DNA of 64,000 nucleotides from Mobula hypostoma (GCF_963921235.1 NC_086097.1:130202001-130266000); one strand, 5' to 3'; positions 12,070-24,834 are shown, counted from the stretch's first letter. The notes: generated from the sequence alone by a model not told the origin. Program-made: numbers and translations.

Positions 12070-13289
12070 ATTTAACATGAAGCCTACTCAAATACACTTT
12101 TCAGGTGACAGTGAAAAATGAAGTACATTGGGATGAAGTCTAGTTTGTTATGAATGTCACCAACATGTCTGGTTCACTAAAAATCACACAACTTTAAAAG
12201 GGCTACATAACAGAACCGGGTGACTGCAAGCTCAGTATGGAACTCTGGAGTGCTTGACAGCAAAACGCTGTTCTCAGAATTAAAGGAAAGAAAAAAGAGA
12301 GAAGAAAAAAAATTGGCAGGATGAAAGCAGAAGACGAAGACAAAAGGCTTGAACTACTGAGGAAATGTTGCAGCTACCATCTTCCAGAATAGACATCATG
12401 CACATGGAACTGAAAGACCTTCACTCTCTTCACAGCACTGGATGCATTTCCCAGTATCTTTCATCCTGCACATCACTGGAACAAAAACTCTGGTTATCAT
12501 CGCCCCTGGGTAAGGGAGTCCAAGACTAGAGGACAAAGTTTCAAAGTGAGAGGGGAAACATTTAAAAGGGACCTAACAAGCAATCTTTTCCACGTAGATG
12601 GTGGTGCGAAAATGGTTGAGGCAGGCAGAATTGTGCTATTTAAAATACACTTGGACAGGTATATGGATAGAAAACTTCAGAGGGATAAGGGCATAACACA
12701 GGCAAGTAAGTCTAGTTTAATTGGTCAGCATAGATAAGTTGGGTCAACAGGCATACCTCCTTGCTGTAAAACTCCATAGCTCCATGTCATTGTGAGACCT
12801 CACTGCATGTACAACAATTCCCACTTCCCAAGCTATTATAGTTCCCATGTTTTGCTTACTTCAAGATATACCAGGTTGTGAAAAATTCTACACAAACTTG
12901 CATGTTTCTTCTTTCCTGAGAAGAGACATCAGGAGAAAGTGACCTGACATTTAAAAAAATGCTAGGAGATTCAAAGAATGAGATTGACCAGTGGTCTGGA
13001 TAAATTTTGTGTGATACAGGTGAAAGAATGGGGTAAAAAGAGGAAATGGCAACAGATACTGGATGTTGTATGCACTACATGGGCCAGTGTTTGGAAAACA
13101 CAGATCATCCAATTTGCAACTCCACAGATAATCTGCTAGCTTTGATTTAGAGATCTGAATGATAAACCATGATTTACAAATCCAATTAGGAATTTTAAAA
13201 ACATTTGGTACATCCTTCAGCACTGTCTGCTCAATGTGGATGTTCTTTTATTTATAGCAGCAAATACAACTTCCAACTTTACAGTGAGA

Positions 13290-13660
13290 GAAAGACTGGT
13301 GTTGCACTTCTTCACATCCCTTTCAGAAAACCCCAAAGCACTTTGCTACAGCCAAGTGACTCACAGCTTGCTTCAATGAACAGCAACGCTCAGGTAAATG
13401 TTTTTCTACAAACCCGATTCAGGGTTAATTGCAGGCTAGTAGCCTCTGCCATTCTTCAATGCCATGGGACTTCATGTTACATTTAACCAATGGGGCCTTG
13501 GGCTAACACCTCAGTTAAAAAACAGAAACGGGCAGATTGCAACACTTACCATTATAGCACCATGTGTCAACCCCGGTCTCGGTGCCAAGCCTCAATAGCA
13601 GGATTGAAACTCAACCCTCAAATAACACTCTTGCAAAGTGTGCCCTATCACTAAGCCATG
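13290..13660 (-). mobile_element. Ancient Deu-domain SINE relic (SacSINE1/AmnSINE-like)
   Basis: CCCAAAGCACTTT...GCCATGGGAC...GGGGCCTTGGGCTAACACCTCA resembles the reverse complement of the recalled Deu domain, followed by a tRNA-like head remnant. Confidence 0.55.
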
Positions 13661-14845
13661 CAACTTCCTACAATCAATGAATACAGGTTCAAAGAAAGTA
13701 ACTTTACGCCATATTAATCATGTACCAGCCACAATGTAACACTAACCAATACAACACTTTTAAATGTTCCTGAGCAGTGGAAGTCTGGTAAACAACTGCT
13801 CAAAGTTTAACAAAATGTGATCCAGAGGGCTTTTATCAACACTTGGCTGGAGCAACCACATTTCTGCAGAACTCGATTCCCCGAAGAGAGTGACAATCAA
13901 GTTTACATCAACTCTGCCAACCCTATCCATAATGGTCTAGGCATAACAGCTAAAATTGGAGGGACAAGTTTTACTTCCCGAAGCCACGACGTCAGCTTAA
14001 ATCAAGTACGCGGGGGTGGCAGAAATGATAGACACCCCGGTCTCTAGTCACTTATTTATCAGACAACCGCCATTAAACTTTTATTTCTGTTATTACAACG
14101 GGAGCGTGAAGAGCTAAAACGACAGCAAACGGAAGGCCGTCTGTTGAAGGTTCCCGGACCTGAAACGACAACTGTTTCTCGGTCCGCAAATGCTGCTCGA
14201 CTTAAAAACAAACAACTCCATTCCCAAGCTTCAACAACACGAGTGTGCAAAACACCTCGCTAATATCATCCATAAGAAAGTCAATTTTTCGCTGAAATGC
14301 TAGGATGAAGACCTCCAAAATGGATGGGACAAAAATGGCAAACACGATAACCTTGGGTGCCAACTACAAATGAGAAAGAATTTGAAGCGGCTTTATCTTG
14401 GTGAACGCAAATTTGAAATTACAGGGGGGAACGTAGACACGAAACCACTCCACAGTAATCACCTGTGTTAAATTTCACCTCGTTTCACCTGAGAGCAGCT
14501 CAAAGAAAAGCATATTACTGTGTGCACCCTTTACACTCAAAATTTACACACGTTTACAACTGCATAGTCAAGTTAAAAATTCATGTTGCTTAAGCCCTCC
14601 CACAAAAGAAACACACCCCCTTCTCCAAGCAATCGACGTGCGTTTTGGGCAAAACATTTTGCTTCTTGTAAGTGGCCCGTGGATGGATCTCTCTCTCTCT
14701 CATAGCGCACACTCCCGCACTCCATCCCCACTTGTAGACAGTTGAGCTGTTTCACCCCTTTCACGGACGTTTCATCCCAGGGACAGATCCCGTTCCCACA
14801 GTAAAGCATTCAGTCATGCGTTGTAATTCCTAGCCTGCTTCTTAC

Positions 14846-15165
14846 CCACTGGGCACCACTTGGCCCGGTTGCCAGCACAGTTCCTTCACCACTCCTGCCT
14901 GGTCCGACTTCACCCGCTTCTCCTGCGGCCGGGACCGGGGCCTTTCGCGTTCGGCGCCACCGTCCGGCTCCACCGGGAGGCAGTGGGCCAGCACCGAGCC
15001 GATCTGCACCGGACAGCCTACTTTCACGCTCCATTCCAGGAGCCGCAGCGGCACGGAGCCCGGGGCCGACACTTCCAGCGCGGCCCCGGCTGCGGGCGTC
15101 TGGACCTGGTCTCGATCTCCTTCTCGGTCCCTGTCGGACTCCCCCGCCTCCGCTAGAGTCGCCAT
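14846..15165 (-). CDS. CTDP1: Coding exon 1 of RNA polymerase II CTD phosphatase FCP1 (CTDP1)
   Basis: Translation ...APGSVPLRLLEWSVKVGCPVQIGSVLAH...EKRVKSDQAGVVKELCWQPGQVVPSG matches the recalled human CTDP1 N-terminus (PGPAPLRLLEWRVAAGAAVRIGSVLA...ERRLRSERAGVVRELCAQPGQVVAPG). Strong Kozak AAGATGG. Ends at phase-2 donor GG|GTAAG (intron starts at 14845). Lies in a CpG island. Confidence 0.93.
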
Positions 15166-15337
15166 CTTCTCGCCGCTAGGAAAAGGGCGAAGAGACGATT
15201 TCTCCGCGTTCTGTCTTTTGTAAATCCTCAGGCTCCAAGCCAGGAATATTCAGAGGCAAAAGTGTAAGAAAAGGTTCACTCTTCCCGCCTGTAAACAGGA
15301 AATAATACACCCGGAGCCTGCACAGGGAACTTCCGGT
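15160..15337 (-). promoter_or_regulatory. Candidate YY1, E2F and ETS/GABP promoter motifs
   Basis: AAGATGGCG (YY1-like) overlaps the ATG at 15168-15160. TTCCCGCC (E2F-like) at 15282-15289. ACCGGAAGT (ETS) on minus at 15337-15329. Confidence 0.55.
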
Positions 15338-15779
15338 ACACATGCAGGGATCTTACAGTACGTCTTCCGACCGCACTGCCCCAGCGCTTGAACACACACT
15401 GAGGCGCTTGTAAATTCTTACTTTGCAGCCTGACCTTGCAATCCGAGAGATATTTTCACGCGCGTAGATTTGACCACGCTGCATAATGACACAAGCTTTC
15501 ATATTGCATTCAGGGAGAGCTAGCCCAATAATTTCAAACCAATGCTGGCGACTCGAAACCTCGCCACGTTTTTTTTGGTTTAAAGAGAGAAAACAACGAT
15601 GATTATCGGGCCCGAATCATTTTTAAAGGTCAAAACGGGGGGGGGGGTGGTCTAATTGCGGCTGATCAAGGGCTTGTCATGTGTTCGTTTGATCGGTGTC
15701 GACTTGGTAATTTAGCAAGTTTTAAACTCCAAGCTACCCCAAAAACTAAAATACAGACATGCAGGCTGTTGCACTCGCG

Positions 15780-15940
15780 AAGTATCGAGGGAGTGCAGCG
15801 CTGTCAGGCGTGCTGCGTTAGAGCAACCTTAACATGAAGTTTCATCAGCTTTTGAGTGGACATAAATGATACACAAAACTGATGAAACTCCATTTGAAAA
15901 TTGATCTCTCAACAAAGCAGGGCAGTTATTTCTACTAGAC
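15780..15940 (+). mobile_element. Deu-domain SINE relic upstream of the CTDP1 start codon
   Basis: AGTATCGAGGGAGTGCAGCGCTGTCAGGCGTGCTGCG...GTGGACATAAATGAT...GCAGGGCAGTT resembles the recalled Deu core (AGTACTGAGGGAGTGCTGCACTGTCGGAGGTGCCG...GTGGACGTAAAAGAT...GCAGGGGAGTT). Confidence 0.55.
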
Positions 15941-16344
15941 TAACTCAGTGTAGGAAGAAATAAAAAAAACAAACGAGTCTCAAAATTGTGATTCTTTGAC
16001 CTGGGGTAGGACGGCAAGACGTGAGAAGTTGACCGACGAAAGCGTTAAGAATCATTAACTGTGAGTTCTCTTCACTTGTAGAATTGGGAAATAGAGATGG
16101 CATAAGTTTTTAATTTCAGTGAAGGGTAATGCGAATGACGTGAATGTAGCTTCAAGTAGGATAGTCCCGCAGAAAAGGTTTGAGTTGCTTGCCTTTTTCA
16201 CATTTTAGCCAGGTGTAAATTTGACTTTTTTGCGAAAACTCCGCACCCAAATGATATTAAATGCTTAAAATACAAAAATAAAAATAGTATCAGGGAGTTT
16301 AATGTAACTTGAAAGCTCTGGTGAATCATAACGCAGTTTAGAAA

Positions 16345-16715
16345 CAGCTATCGAGTCAGACAGCACCACAGCACAGAATCAGGCCTTTCAGCCCATCTAG
16401 TCTGTGCCAAACTATTACTCCGTCGACTGCCATCAACCAGCGCCTGAACTACAGCCCTCCCATCCATGTACTTCTCCAAACTTACCTTAAATTTTGAAAT
16501 CAAATCTGCATCCACTGCTTCCGCTGGCAGCTCAATCCACACTCTCACCACCATCTGGGTGAAAAAGTTCCTCCTTAGGTTCCTCTCAAATATTTCATCT
16601 TAACATATGACCTCTAGTTCCAGTCTCACCCAATCTCAGTAAGGAAAGAGGCTGCTTGCATTTACCCTATCAAAACCCCTCATAATTTTGTATCCCTCCA
16701 TCAAATCTCCCCTTG
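16345..16715 (-). mobile_element. CR1 3' fragment
   Basis: VVRVWIELPAEAV...LEKYMD motif and CR1 3' UTR. Confidence 0.65.
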
Positions 16716-16717
16716 TT

Positions 16718-19700
16718 CAAAGTTCAAATTAAATTTACAATCAAAGTACTAACAGTAAAAGTCACATATACAGCCCTGAGATTCAGTTTATTGTGGGTGT
16801 CACAGTAAATGCAAGAAACACAACAGAAGCAATGAAAGACCGCACCCAACAGGACGAACAAACAGCCACGTGCAAAAGGTGACAAACTGTGCAAATACAA
16901 AAAGAAAAATAATAATAATAAATATGCAATAAATATTGAGAACATGATATGAAGAGTTCTTGAAAGGGAGTCCATAGATTGTGGGAACAGTTCAGTGATG
17001 GGGCGAGTGAAGTTGAGTGAACTATCCCCTCCGGTTCAAAAGCCTGATGGTTGAGCAGTAATAACAGTTCCTGAACCTGGTGGTGTGGTTCCTGAGGCTC
17101 TTGTATCTCCTTGCTGATGGCAGCAGTGAGAGAGAGAGAAGCCTGGATGGTGGAGGTCCTTGATGACGGATGCTGTTTTCCAGTGACAGCACTCCGTGTA
17201 GACATGCTCAATAGTGGGGAGGGCTTTACCTGTGATGGACTGGGCCATATCCACTGCTTTTTTATAGGCTTTTCCATTTAAGGCATTGTTGTTTCCATAC
17301 GAGGCCATGATACAACCAGTCAATATACTCTCCACCACACATCTATGGAGGTTTCTCAAAATTCTTGATGACATGATGAATCTTAGCAAACTTCTAAGAA
17401 AGTAGAGGCGCTGCCATACTTTCTTCATAATGGCACTTACGTGCTGGGCCCAGGGCTGATCCTCTGAAATGATAACACAGAGGAATTTTAAATTGATGAC
17501 CTTTTCCACCTCTGATTCCCCGATGAGAACTGGCTCATAGACCTCCAGTTTCCTCCGCGTGAAGTCAATCATAAGACCATAAGACATAGGAGCAGAGATT
17601 AGGCCATTTGGCCCATTGAGCCTTCTCCGCCATTCAATCATGATTGATCCTTTTTTCCTCCTCCTCAACCCTACTCCCTGGTTTTCTCCCTGTAACTTTT
17701 GATGCTGTGTCCAATCAAGAACCTGTCAAGCTCTGCCTTAAATACACCCAAAGACCTGGCCCCCACAGCAGACTGTGGAAATAAATTCCACAATTCACCA
17801 CACTCTGGCTAAAGAAATTACTATGCATCTTTGTTTTAAATGAATATCCTTCTACCTTAGACTCCTCCACCATAGGAAACATCCTTTCTGCCTCTACTGT
17901 GTCTAGGCCTTTCAACATTTGAAAGGTTTCAATGAGATCTCCCCTCATCCTTCTAAATTCCAGCAAGTACAGACCTAGAGCTATCAAATATTCCTCATAT
18001 GATAACCCTTTCATTCCCGGAATCATTCTTTTGAACCTCCTCTGAACCCTCTCCAACGCTAATACATCTTTTCTTAGATGAGGAGCCCCAAACTGTTCAC
18101 AATACTCAAGGTGAGGCCTCATCAGTGCCTTATAAAGCCTCAGCATCACATCCTTGCTCTTGTATTCCAGCCCTCTTGCAATGAATGCTAACATTGCATT
18201 TGCCTTCCTCACCACCGACTCTATCCGTATGATAACCTGTAGGGTGTTTTGCACAAGGACTCCCATGTCTTTTTGCATCTCAGATTTTTGGATTTTCTCC
18301 CCATTTAGAAAATGATCTGCACATTTATTTCTTCTACCAAAGTATATGACCATGCATTTTCCAACATTGTATTTCATTTGCCACTTTCTTGCCCATTCTC
18401 CTGATCTGTCGAGCTCTTTCTGCACTCTACCTGTTTCTTCGACACTACCTGCCCCTCCACCAATCTTCATTTCATCTGCAAACTTGGCAACAAAGCCATC
18501 TATTCCATCATCTAAATCATTGATTTACAGCATAAAAAGAAGTGGTCCCAACACTGACCCCTGCTGAACAACACTAGTCACTGGCAGCCTACCAGAAAAG
18601 GATCCTTTTATTTCCACTCACTGCCTCCTACCGATCAGCCATTGTTCTAACCATGCCAGTAACTTTCCTGTAATCCCATGGGCTCTTAACTTGGTAAGCA
18701 GCCTCAAAGGTCTTCTGAAAGTCCAAATATACAACATCCACTACATCCCCTTTACCTATCCTACTTGTAATCTCCTCAAATAATTCTAACAGGTTTGCCA
18801 GGCAAGATTTTCCCTTAAGGAAACCATGCTGACTTTGTCCTATCTTGTCCTGTGTCACCCAGTACTCCATAATCTCATCCTTAACAATTGATTCCAACGT
18901 CTTCCCAGCCACTGACTTCAGGCTAACTCGTCTATAACTTCCTTTCTGCTGCCTTCCTCCTTTCTTCAAGAGTGGAGTGACGTGTGCAGTTTTCTAGTCC
19001 TTTGGCATCATGCCAGAGTCCAGTGATTTTTGAAAGATCATTGCTAATGCCTTCACAATTTCAACCACTACCTCTTTTTAGAACCCTAGGGTGCAGTTGA
19101 TCTGGTCCAGGTGACCTATATACCTTTAAGTCTTTCAGCTTTTTGAGCACCTTCTCCCTCGTAATAGTAACTGCACTCATTTCTCTTCCCTCACACCCTT
19201 CAACACCTGGCACACTGCTAGTATCTTCCACAGTGAAGACCGATGCAAAATACTCATTTAGTTCATCCACCATCTGCTTGGCCCCTGTTATTATTTCTCC
19301 GGCCTCATTTTCTTGCAGTCCTATATCCACTCTCATCTCTTTTATTTTTTTACATACTTGAAAAAGCTTTTACGATCCACTTTGATATTATTTGATAGCT
19401 TGCTCTCATATTTCATCTTTTCGCTCCTAATGATTCATTTAGTTGCTCTCTGTAGGGTTTTAAAAGCTTCCCAATCCTCTGTGTTCCCACTAATTTTTGG
19501 TTTGTTGTATGCACTCTCTTTTGCTTTTACATTAGCTCTAACTTCCCTTGTCAGCCACAGTTGTGCTTCTTTTCCATTTGAGTATTTCATTGTTTTTGGA
19601 ATAGATCTATCCTGTACCTTACTCATTTTTCACTGAAACGCACGCAATGGCTGCTCTACTATCATCTCTGCCAGCATCTTCTTCCAGTTTACTTTGGCCA

Positions 19701-20510
19701 ACTCTTCTCTCATACCACTGTAATTTCCCTTACTCCACTGAAATACTGCTGCGTCAGACATTACATTCTCCCTATCAAATTTCAAGTTGAACTTAATCAT
19801 ATTATGATCACTGTTTCCTAAGGGTTCTTTTACCTAATCACCTTCCTTGCCCATTCTCCTGATCTGATTAAGTCCTTCTGCGGCCTACCTGTTTCCTCAA
19901 CACTCCCTGCCCTTCCACCAGTCTTCGTACCATCTGAAAACTTGGCAACAAATCTATCTATTCCATCATCATATATGCAGCATAAAAAGAAGCGGAACCA
20001 ACACCGACCCCTGCAGAATACCACTAGTCACTGGCAGCAAAACAGAAAAGAATCCTTTTATTCCCATTCACTGCCTCCTACCAATCAGCAATGTTCTATC
20101 CATGCCAGTAACTTTCCTGTAATACCAAGGGCTCTTAACTTGGTCAGCAGCCTCATGTGTGGCAACTTGTCAAAGGCCTTCTATGGTCTTGCTGACATTG
20201 AGTGAGATGTTATTGCTGTGGCACCATTCAGCCAGATTTTCAATGTCTCTCCTACATGTTGATTCATCACCACGTTGAACTCAGCCAATGACAATAGTGT
20301 TGTTAGCAAACATACGTAAGTATAGCTTTGCAGCTGTATTAAGCCTCACAATCATAAGCATAAAGTGAGCAGAGCAGGAGGCTAAGTGTACAGTCTTGTG
20401 GTTCATCTGTGCTGTTGGAGGTAGTGGAGGAGATGTTTTTGCCAATCCAAACTGACTGGAGTCTGCAAGTGAGGAAATCGATGATCCAGTTGCACAAGAA
20501 GGTGAGCGGG
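16718..20510 (-). mobile_element. Rex1/Babar LINE split by CR1 (parts 16718-17570 and ~20185-20510)
   Basis: QRLYFLRSL, VVESILTGCI and IKDLHHPG in the left part. [10 protein letters not shown] and [10 protein letters not shown] in the right part. Confidence 0.8.
17571..19835 (-). mobile_element. CR1-type LINE ORF2 pseudogene
   Basis: ORFs 17715-18470, 18628-18969 and 19061-19336 with QHGFLKGKSC, YLDFQK and RPHLEYCEQF. (CATAAGAC) tail at 17571. Confidence 0.9.
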
Positions 20511-20519
20511 GAGGGATGA

Positions 20520-21490
20520 ATCACCTACAACTCCATCGACCTCTCTGTCTCACCTAACACCCCATCAGCATCCACATCCGGGACATAATTCTCAGTAATT
20601 TCCACCATCTCTAATGGGATCCCACCACCAAGCGCATCCTTCCCTCCCCCCACTTTTCGCTTTCCACAGCGATTGCTCCCTACACGACTCTCTTGTCCGT
20701 GTGTCCCTCCCCACTGATCTCCCTCCTGGCACTGACCCTTGCAAGTGGAACAAGTGCCATACCTGCCCCTACACCTCCTCCCTCACTACCATTCAGGACC
20801 CCAACATGCCTTCCAGGTGAGGCGACACTTCAGCTGTAAGTTTGCTAGGGTCATCTACTGTATCCTGTTCTCCTGCTGTGACCTCCTGTATATTGGTGAG
20901 GCCTAAGATAGATTGGGAGACCACTTCCCTGAGCACTTAAGCTCCGTCTGCCAATAAAGGCGGGATCTCCCAGTGGCTAGCCATTTCAATTCTACTTCCC
21001 ATTCCCATTCCAACATGTCAGTCTGTAGCCTCCTCTACCACTACGATGAAGCCACACTCGTGTTGGAGGAGAAACACCATATATTCTCTCTGGGCAGCCT
21101 CCAACCTGATGGCATGAACATCGATTTCTCGAACTTCCAGTACTTGCCCTCCCTTCTCCTTCATCATTCCCGATTCCCCTCTCATCTCCTTATCTCCTTA
21201 CCTGCCCATCACCTCCCTCTGGTGCTCTTCCGCCTTCCCTTTCTTTCATGGCCTTCGATCCACTCCCATCAGATACCTCCTTCTCCAGCCCTTTCTCTAT
21301 TTCACAAATCTATTTCCCAGCTCTCTGATTCACGCCTCCCCATCTCCTGGTTTCACCTGTCACCTACTACCTTCTACGTATTCCTCCCCAGCCCCACCTT
21401 CTTAGCGTGACTTTTGATCACTTTATTTCCTTCCTGATCTCGGCCCAAAACAGCGACCATCTACTCTTTTCCATAGATGCTGCCTGGCCT
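20520..21490 (+). mobile_element. Penelope-like element, GIY-YIG endonuclease region plus 3' terminal repeat (decayed)
   Basis: PCKWNKCHTCP and VIYCILFSCCDLLYIGE (from 20850) motifs, pyrimidine-rich 3' region, and a terminal repeat with a deleted hammerhead core at ~21433-21455. Confidence 0.85.
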
Positions 21491-24400
21491 AAACATAGAA
21501 ACATAAAAAACCTACAGCATAATTCAGGTCCTTCGGCCCACTAAGCTGTGCCGAACATGTCCTTACCTTAGAAATTACCTCGGCTTACCCATAACCCCCT
21601 ATTTTTCTAAGCTCCATGTACGTATCCATCAGTCTCTTAAAAGACTCTATCATTTCTGCCTCCACCACTGCCGCCAGCAGCCTATTCTATGCACTCACCA
21701 CTATCTGTGTAAGACACTTACCCCTGACATCTCCTCTGTACCTACTTCCAAGCACCTTAAAACTAAGCCCTCTTGTGCTAGCCATTTCAGCCCTGGGAAA
21801 AAGCCTCTGACTATCCAGAAGATCAATGCCTCTCATCATCTTGTGCACCTCTATCAAGTTACCTCTCAGCCTCCGTCTCTCCAAGGAGAAAAGGCCAAGT
21901 TCACTCAACCTATTCTCATAAGGCATGGTCCCCAATCCAGGCAACATCCTTGTAAATCTCCTCTGCACCCTTTCTATGGTTTCCACGCCCTTCCTGTAAT
22001 GAGGCGACCAGAACTGAGCACAGTACTTCAAGTGAGGTCTGACCAGGGTCCTATATAGCTGCAACATCACCTCCCGGCACTTAAACTCAATCCCACAATT
22101 GATGAAGGCCAACGCACCATATGCCTTCTTAACCACAGAGTCAACCTGCGTAGCAGCTTTGAGTGCCTTATGGACTCAGACCCCAAGATCCCTCTGATCC
22201 TCCACACTGCCAAGAGTCTTACCATTAATACTATATTCCACCATCATGTTTGATCTACCAAAATGAACCACCTGACACTTATCTGGGTTGAACTCCATCT
22301 GCCACCTCGCAGCCCAGTTTTGCATCCTGTCAATGTCCTGCTGTAACCTCTGATAGCCCTCCACACTATCCACAACTACCCCAACCTTTGTGTCATCAGC
22401 AAATTTACTAACCCATCCCTCCACTTCCTCATCCAGGTCATTTATAAAAATCACGAAGAGTAGGGGTCCCAGAACAGATCCCTGAGGCACACCATTAGTC
22501 ACCGACCTCCAAGCAGAATATGACCCATCTACAACCACTCTTTGCCTTCTGTGGGCAAGCCAGTTCTGGATCCACAAAGCAATGACCCCCTTGGATCACA
22601 TGCCTCCTTACTTTCTCAATAAGCCTTACATGGGGTACCTTATCAAATGCCTTGCTGAAATCCATATACACTGCATCTATGGCTCTACCTTCATCAATGT
22701 GTTTAGTCACATACTCAAAAAATTCAATCAAGCTCGTAAGGGACGACCTGCCTTTCACAAAACCATGCTGACTATTCCTAATCATATTATGCCTCTCCAA
22801 ATGTTCATAAATCCTGCCTCTCAGGATCGTCTCCATCAACTTACCAACCACTGAAGTAAGACTCACTGGTCTATAATTTCCTGGGCTATCTCTACTCTCT
22901 TTTTTGAATAAGGGAACAACATCCACAACACTTCAATCCTCTGGAACCTCTCCCGTCCTCATTGATGATGCAAAGATCATCGGCAGAGGCTCAGCAATCT
23001 CCTCCCTTGCTTCCCACAGTAGACTGGGGTACATCCCGTCCAGTCCCAGTGACTTATCCAACTTGATGCTTTCCAAAAGCTCTAGAACATCCTCTTCGTT
23101 AATATCTACATGTTCAAGCTTTTCAGTCCACTACAAGTCATCCCTACAATCACCAAGATTTTTTTCCGTATTGAGTACTAAAGCAAAGTATTCATTAAGT
23201 ACTTCTGCTATCTCCTCCGGTTCAATACACACTTTTCTATTGTTACACTTGATTCGTTCTATTCTCTTAAGTTTTATCCTCTTGCTCTTCACATTCTTGT
23301 AGAATGCCTTGGGGTTTTCTTTAATCCTGTCTGCCAAGGCCTTTTCATGGCCCCTTCTGGCTCTACTAATTTCATTCTTAAACTCCTTCCTGGTAGCCTT
23401 ATAATTTTCTAGATTTCTATTATTACCTAGTTTTCTGAACCTTTTGTAAGCTTTTCTTTTCTTCTTGGCTAGATTTACAACAGCCTTTGTACACCATGGT
23501 TCCTGTACCCTACCAGCCTTTCCCTGTCACATTGGAACGTACCTATGCAGAACCTCACGCAAATATCCCCTGAACGTTTTCCACATTTCTTCCGTACATT
23601 TCCCTGAGAAAATCTGTTTCCAATTTATGCTTCCAAGTTCCTGCTTGAGAGTCTCATCGTTCCCCTTACTCCAATTAAATGTTTCCGTGACTTCTCTATT
23701 CCTATCCCTCTCCAATGCTATGGTAAAGGAGATAGTGTTGTGATCACTGTCTCTAAAATTCTCTCCTACTGAGAGATCTGACACCTGACCAGGTTCATTT
23801 CCCAACACTAGATCAAGTACAGCCTCTCCTCTTGCAGAATTATCTACATACTGTGTCAAGAAACCTTCCTGAACACACCTCGTAAACTCTACCCCATCTA
23901 AACCCCTCACTCTAAGGAGATGCAAATTAATATTTGGGAAATTAAAATCTCCCACCACAACAACCCTGTTGTTATTACTCCTTTCCAGAATCTGTCTCCT
24001 ATCTGCTCCCCGATGTCCCTGTTACTATTGGGTGGTCTATAAAAATCATCCAGTGGTGTTATTGACCCCTTCCTATTCCTCACTTCCACCCACAGAGATT
24101 GCGTAACAACCACTCCATGACTTCCTCCTTTTCTGCAGCCATGACACTATCTCTGATCAACAGTGCCACATCCTCATCTCTTTTGCCTCCCTCCCTGTCC
24201 TTTCTGAAACATCTAAAGCCTGGCATTTGAAGTAGCCATTCCTGCCCCTGCACCATCCAAGTCTCTGTAATGGCCACAACATCATAGCTCCAAGTACTGA
24301 TCCATGCTCCAAGCTCATCCGCTTTGTTCATAATACTCCTTGCATTAAAATAGACACATCTCAAGCCATTGGTCTGAGCATGTCCCTTCTCTATCACCTG

Positions 24401-24545
24401 CCTATTCTCCCTCTCACACTCTGTCCAAGCTTCCTCTATTTGTGAGCCAACCGCTCCTTCCTCCGCCACTTTAGTTCTGTTCCCACCCCCCCCAGCAATT
24501 CTAGTTCAAACTTTCCCCAATAGCCCAATAGCCCAATCTCCCAGT
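21491..24545 (-). mobile_element. Long CR1-type LINE (APE + RT) pseudogene
   Basis: CVYFNARSI, VAITETW, GDFNFP, SDHN, YMDFSKAFDKVPH, KFADDTK and RPHLKYCAQFW motifs. (CATAGAAA) tail at 21491. Confidence 0.92.
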
Positions 24546-24834
24546 TTTCAGTTTTTATTTCTGAATTGAAGGAATTTTAGAGAATCTCCACTAATTAATC
24601 CATTATTTTTGCAGCCACATCTTGAGGATGTAATCCAATATGCACCAAAATACCAGATCAATTTTTAGCCCCCTTAAATTAACCAGTAGTTCTTTTATAA
24701 ATATTAAATACTTTAAGTTCCTCACATCAAGAACTCTTGGTCTCTCCATTGAATGGTTCAACTCAGAAGAAGTAGGTAAGATTCACAAGAGTTTTGCTGA
24801 GACTAGCAAGCTTTAGTTATGAAGAAAGACTGGA

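Larger units (their letters stand above)
1..14845 (-). other. CTDP1: CTDP1 intron 1 (continues beyond the left window edge)
   Basis: Canonical GTAAG donor at 14845-14841. No sequence encoding the expected exon-2 peptide (CSHPVVMKGLCAECG-like) was seen by eye in 1-14840. Confidence 0.7.
13980..15820. promoter_or_regulatory. CpG island / TATA-less promoter region of CTDP1
   Basis: CpG dinucleotides are abundant here (densest at ~14840-15210), whereas the rest of the window is CpG-depleted. The island spans exon 1. Confidence 0.8.

Noticed and set aside
14810..15156. Alternative ORFs overlapping CTDP1 exon 1 (14860-15156 +, 14810-15034 -)
   Set aside because: Expected in GC-rich, stop-poor sequence, with no recognisable homology.
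15637..15650. G-run upstream of CTDP1 as a G-quadruplex
   Set aside because: A single homopolymer run, prone to sequencing error and not supportable from sequence alone.
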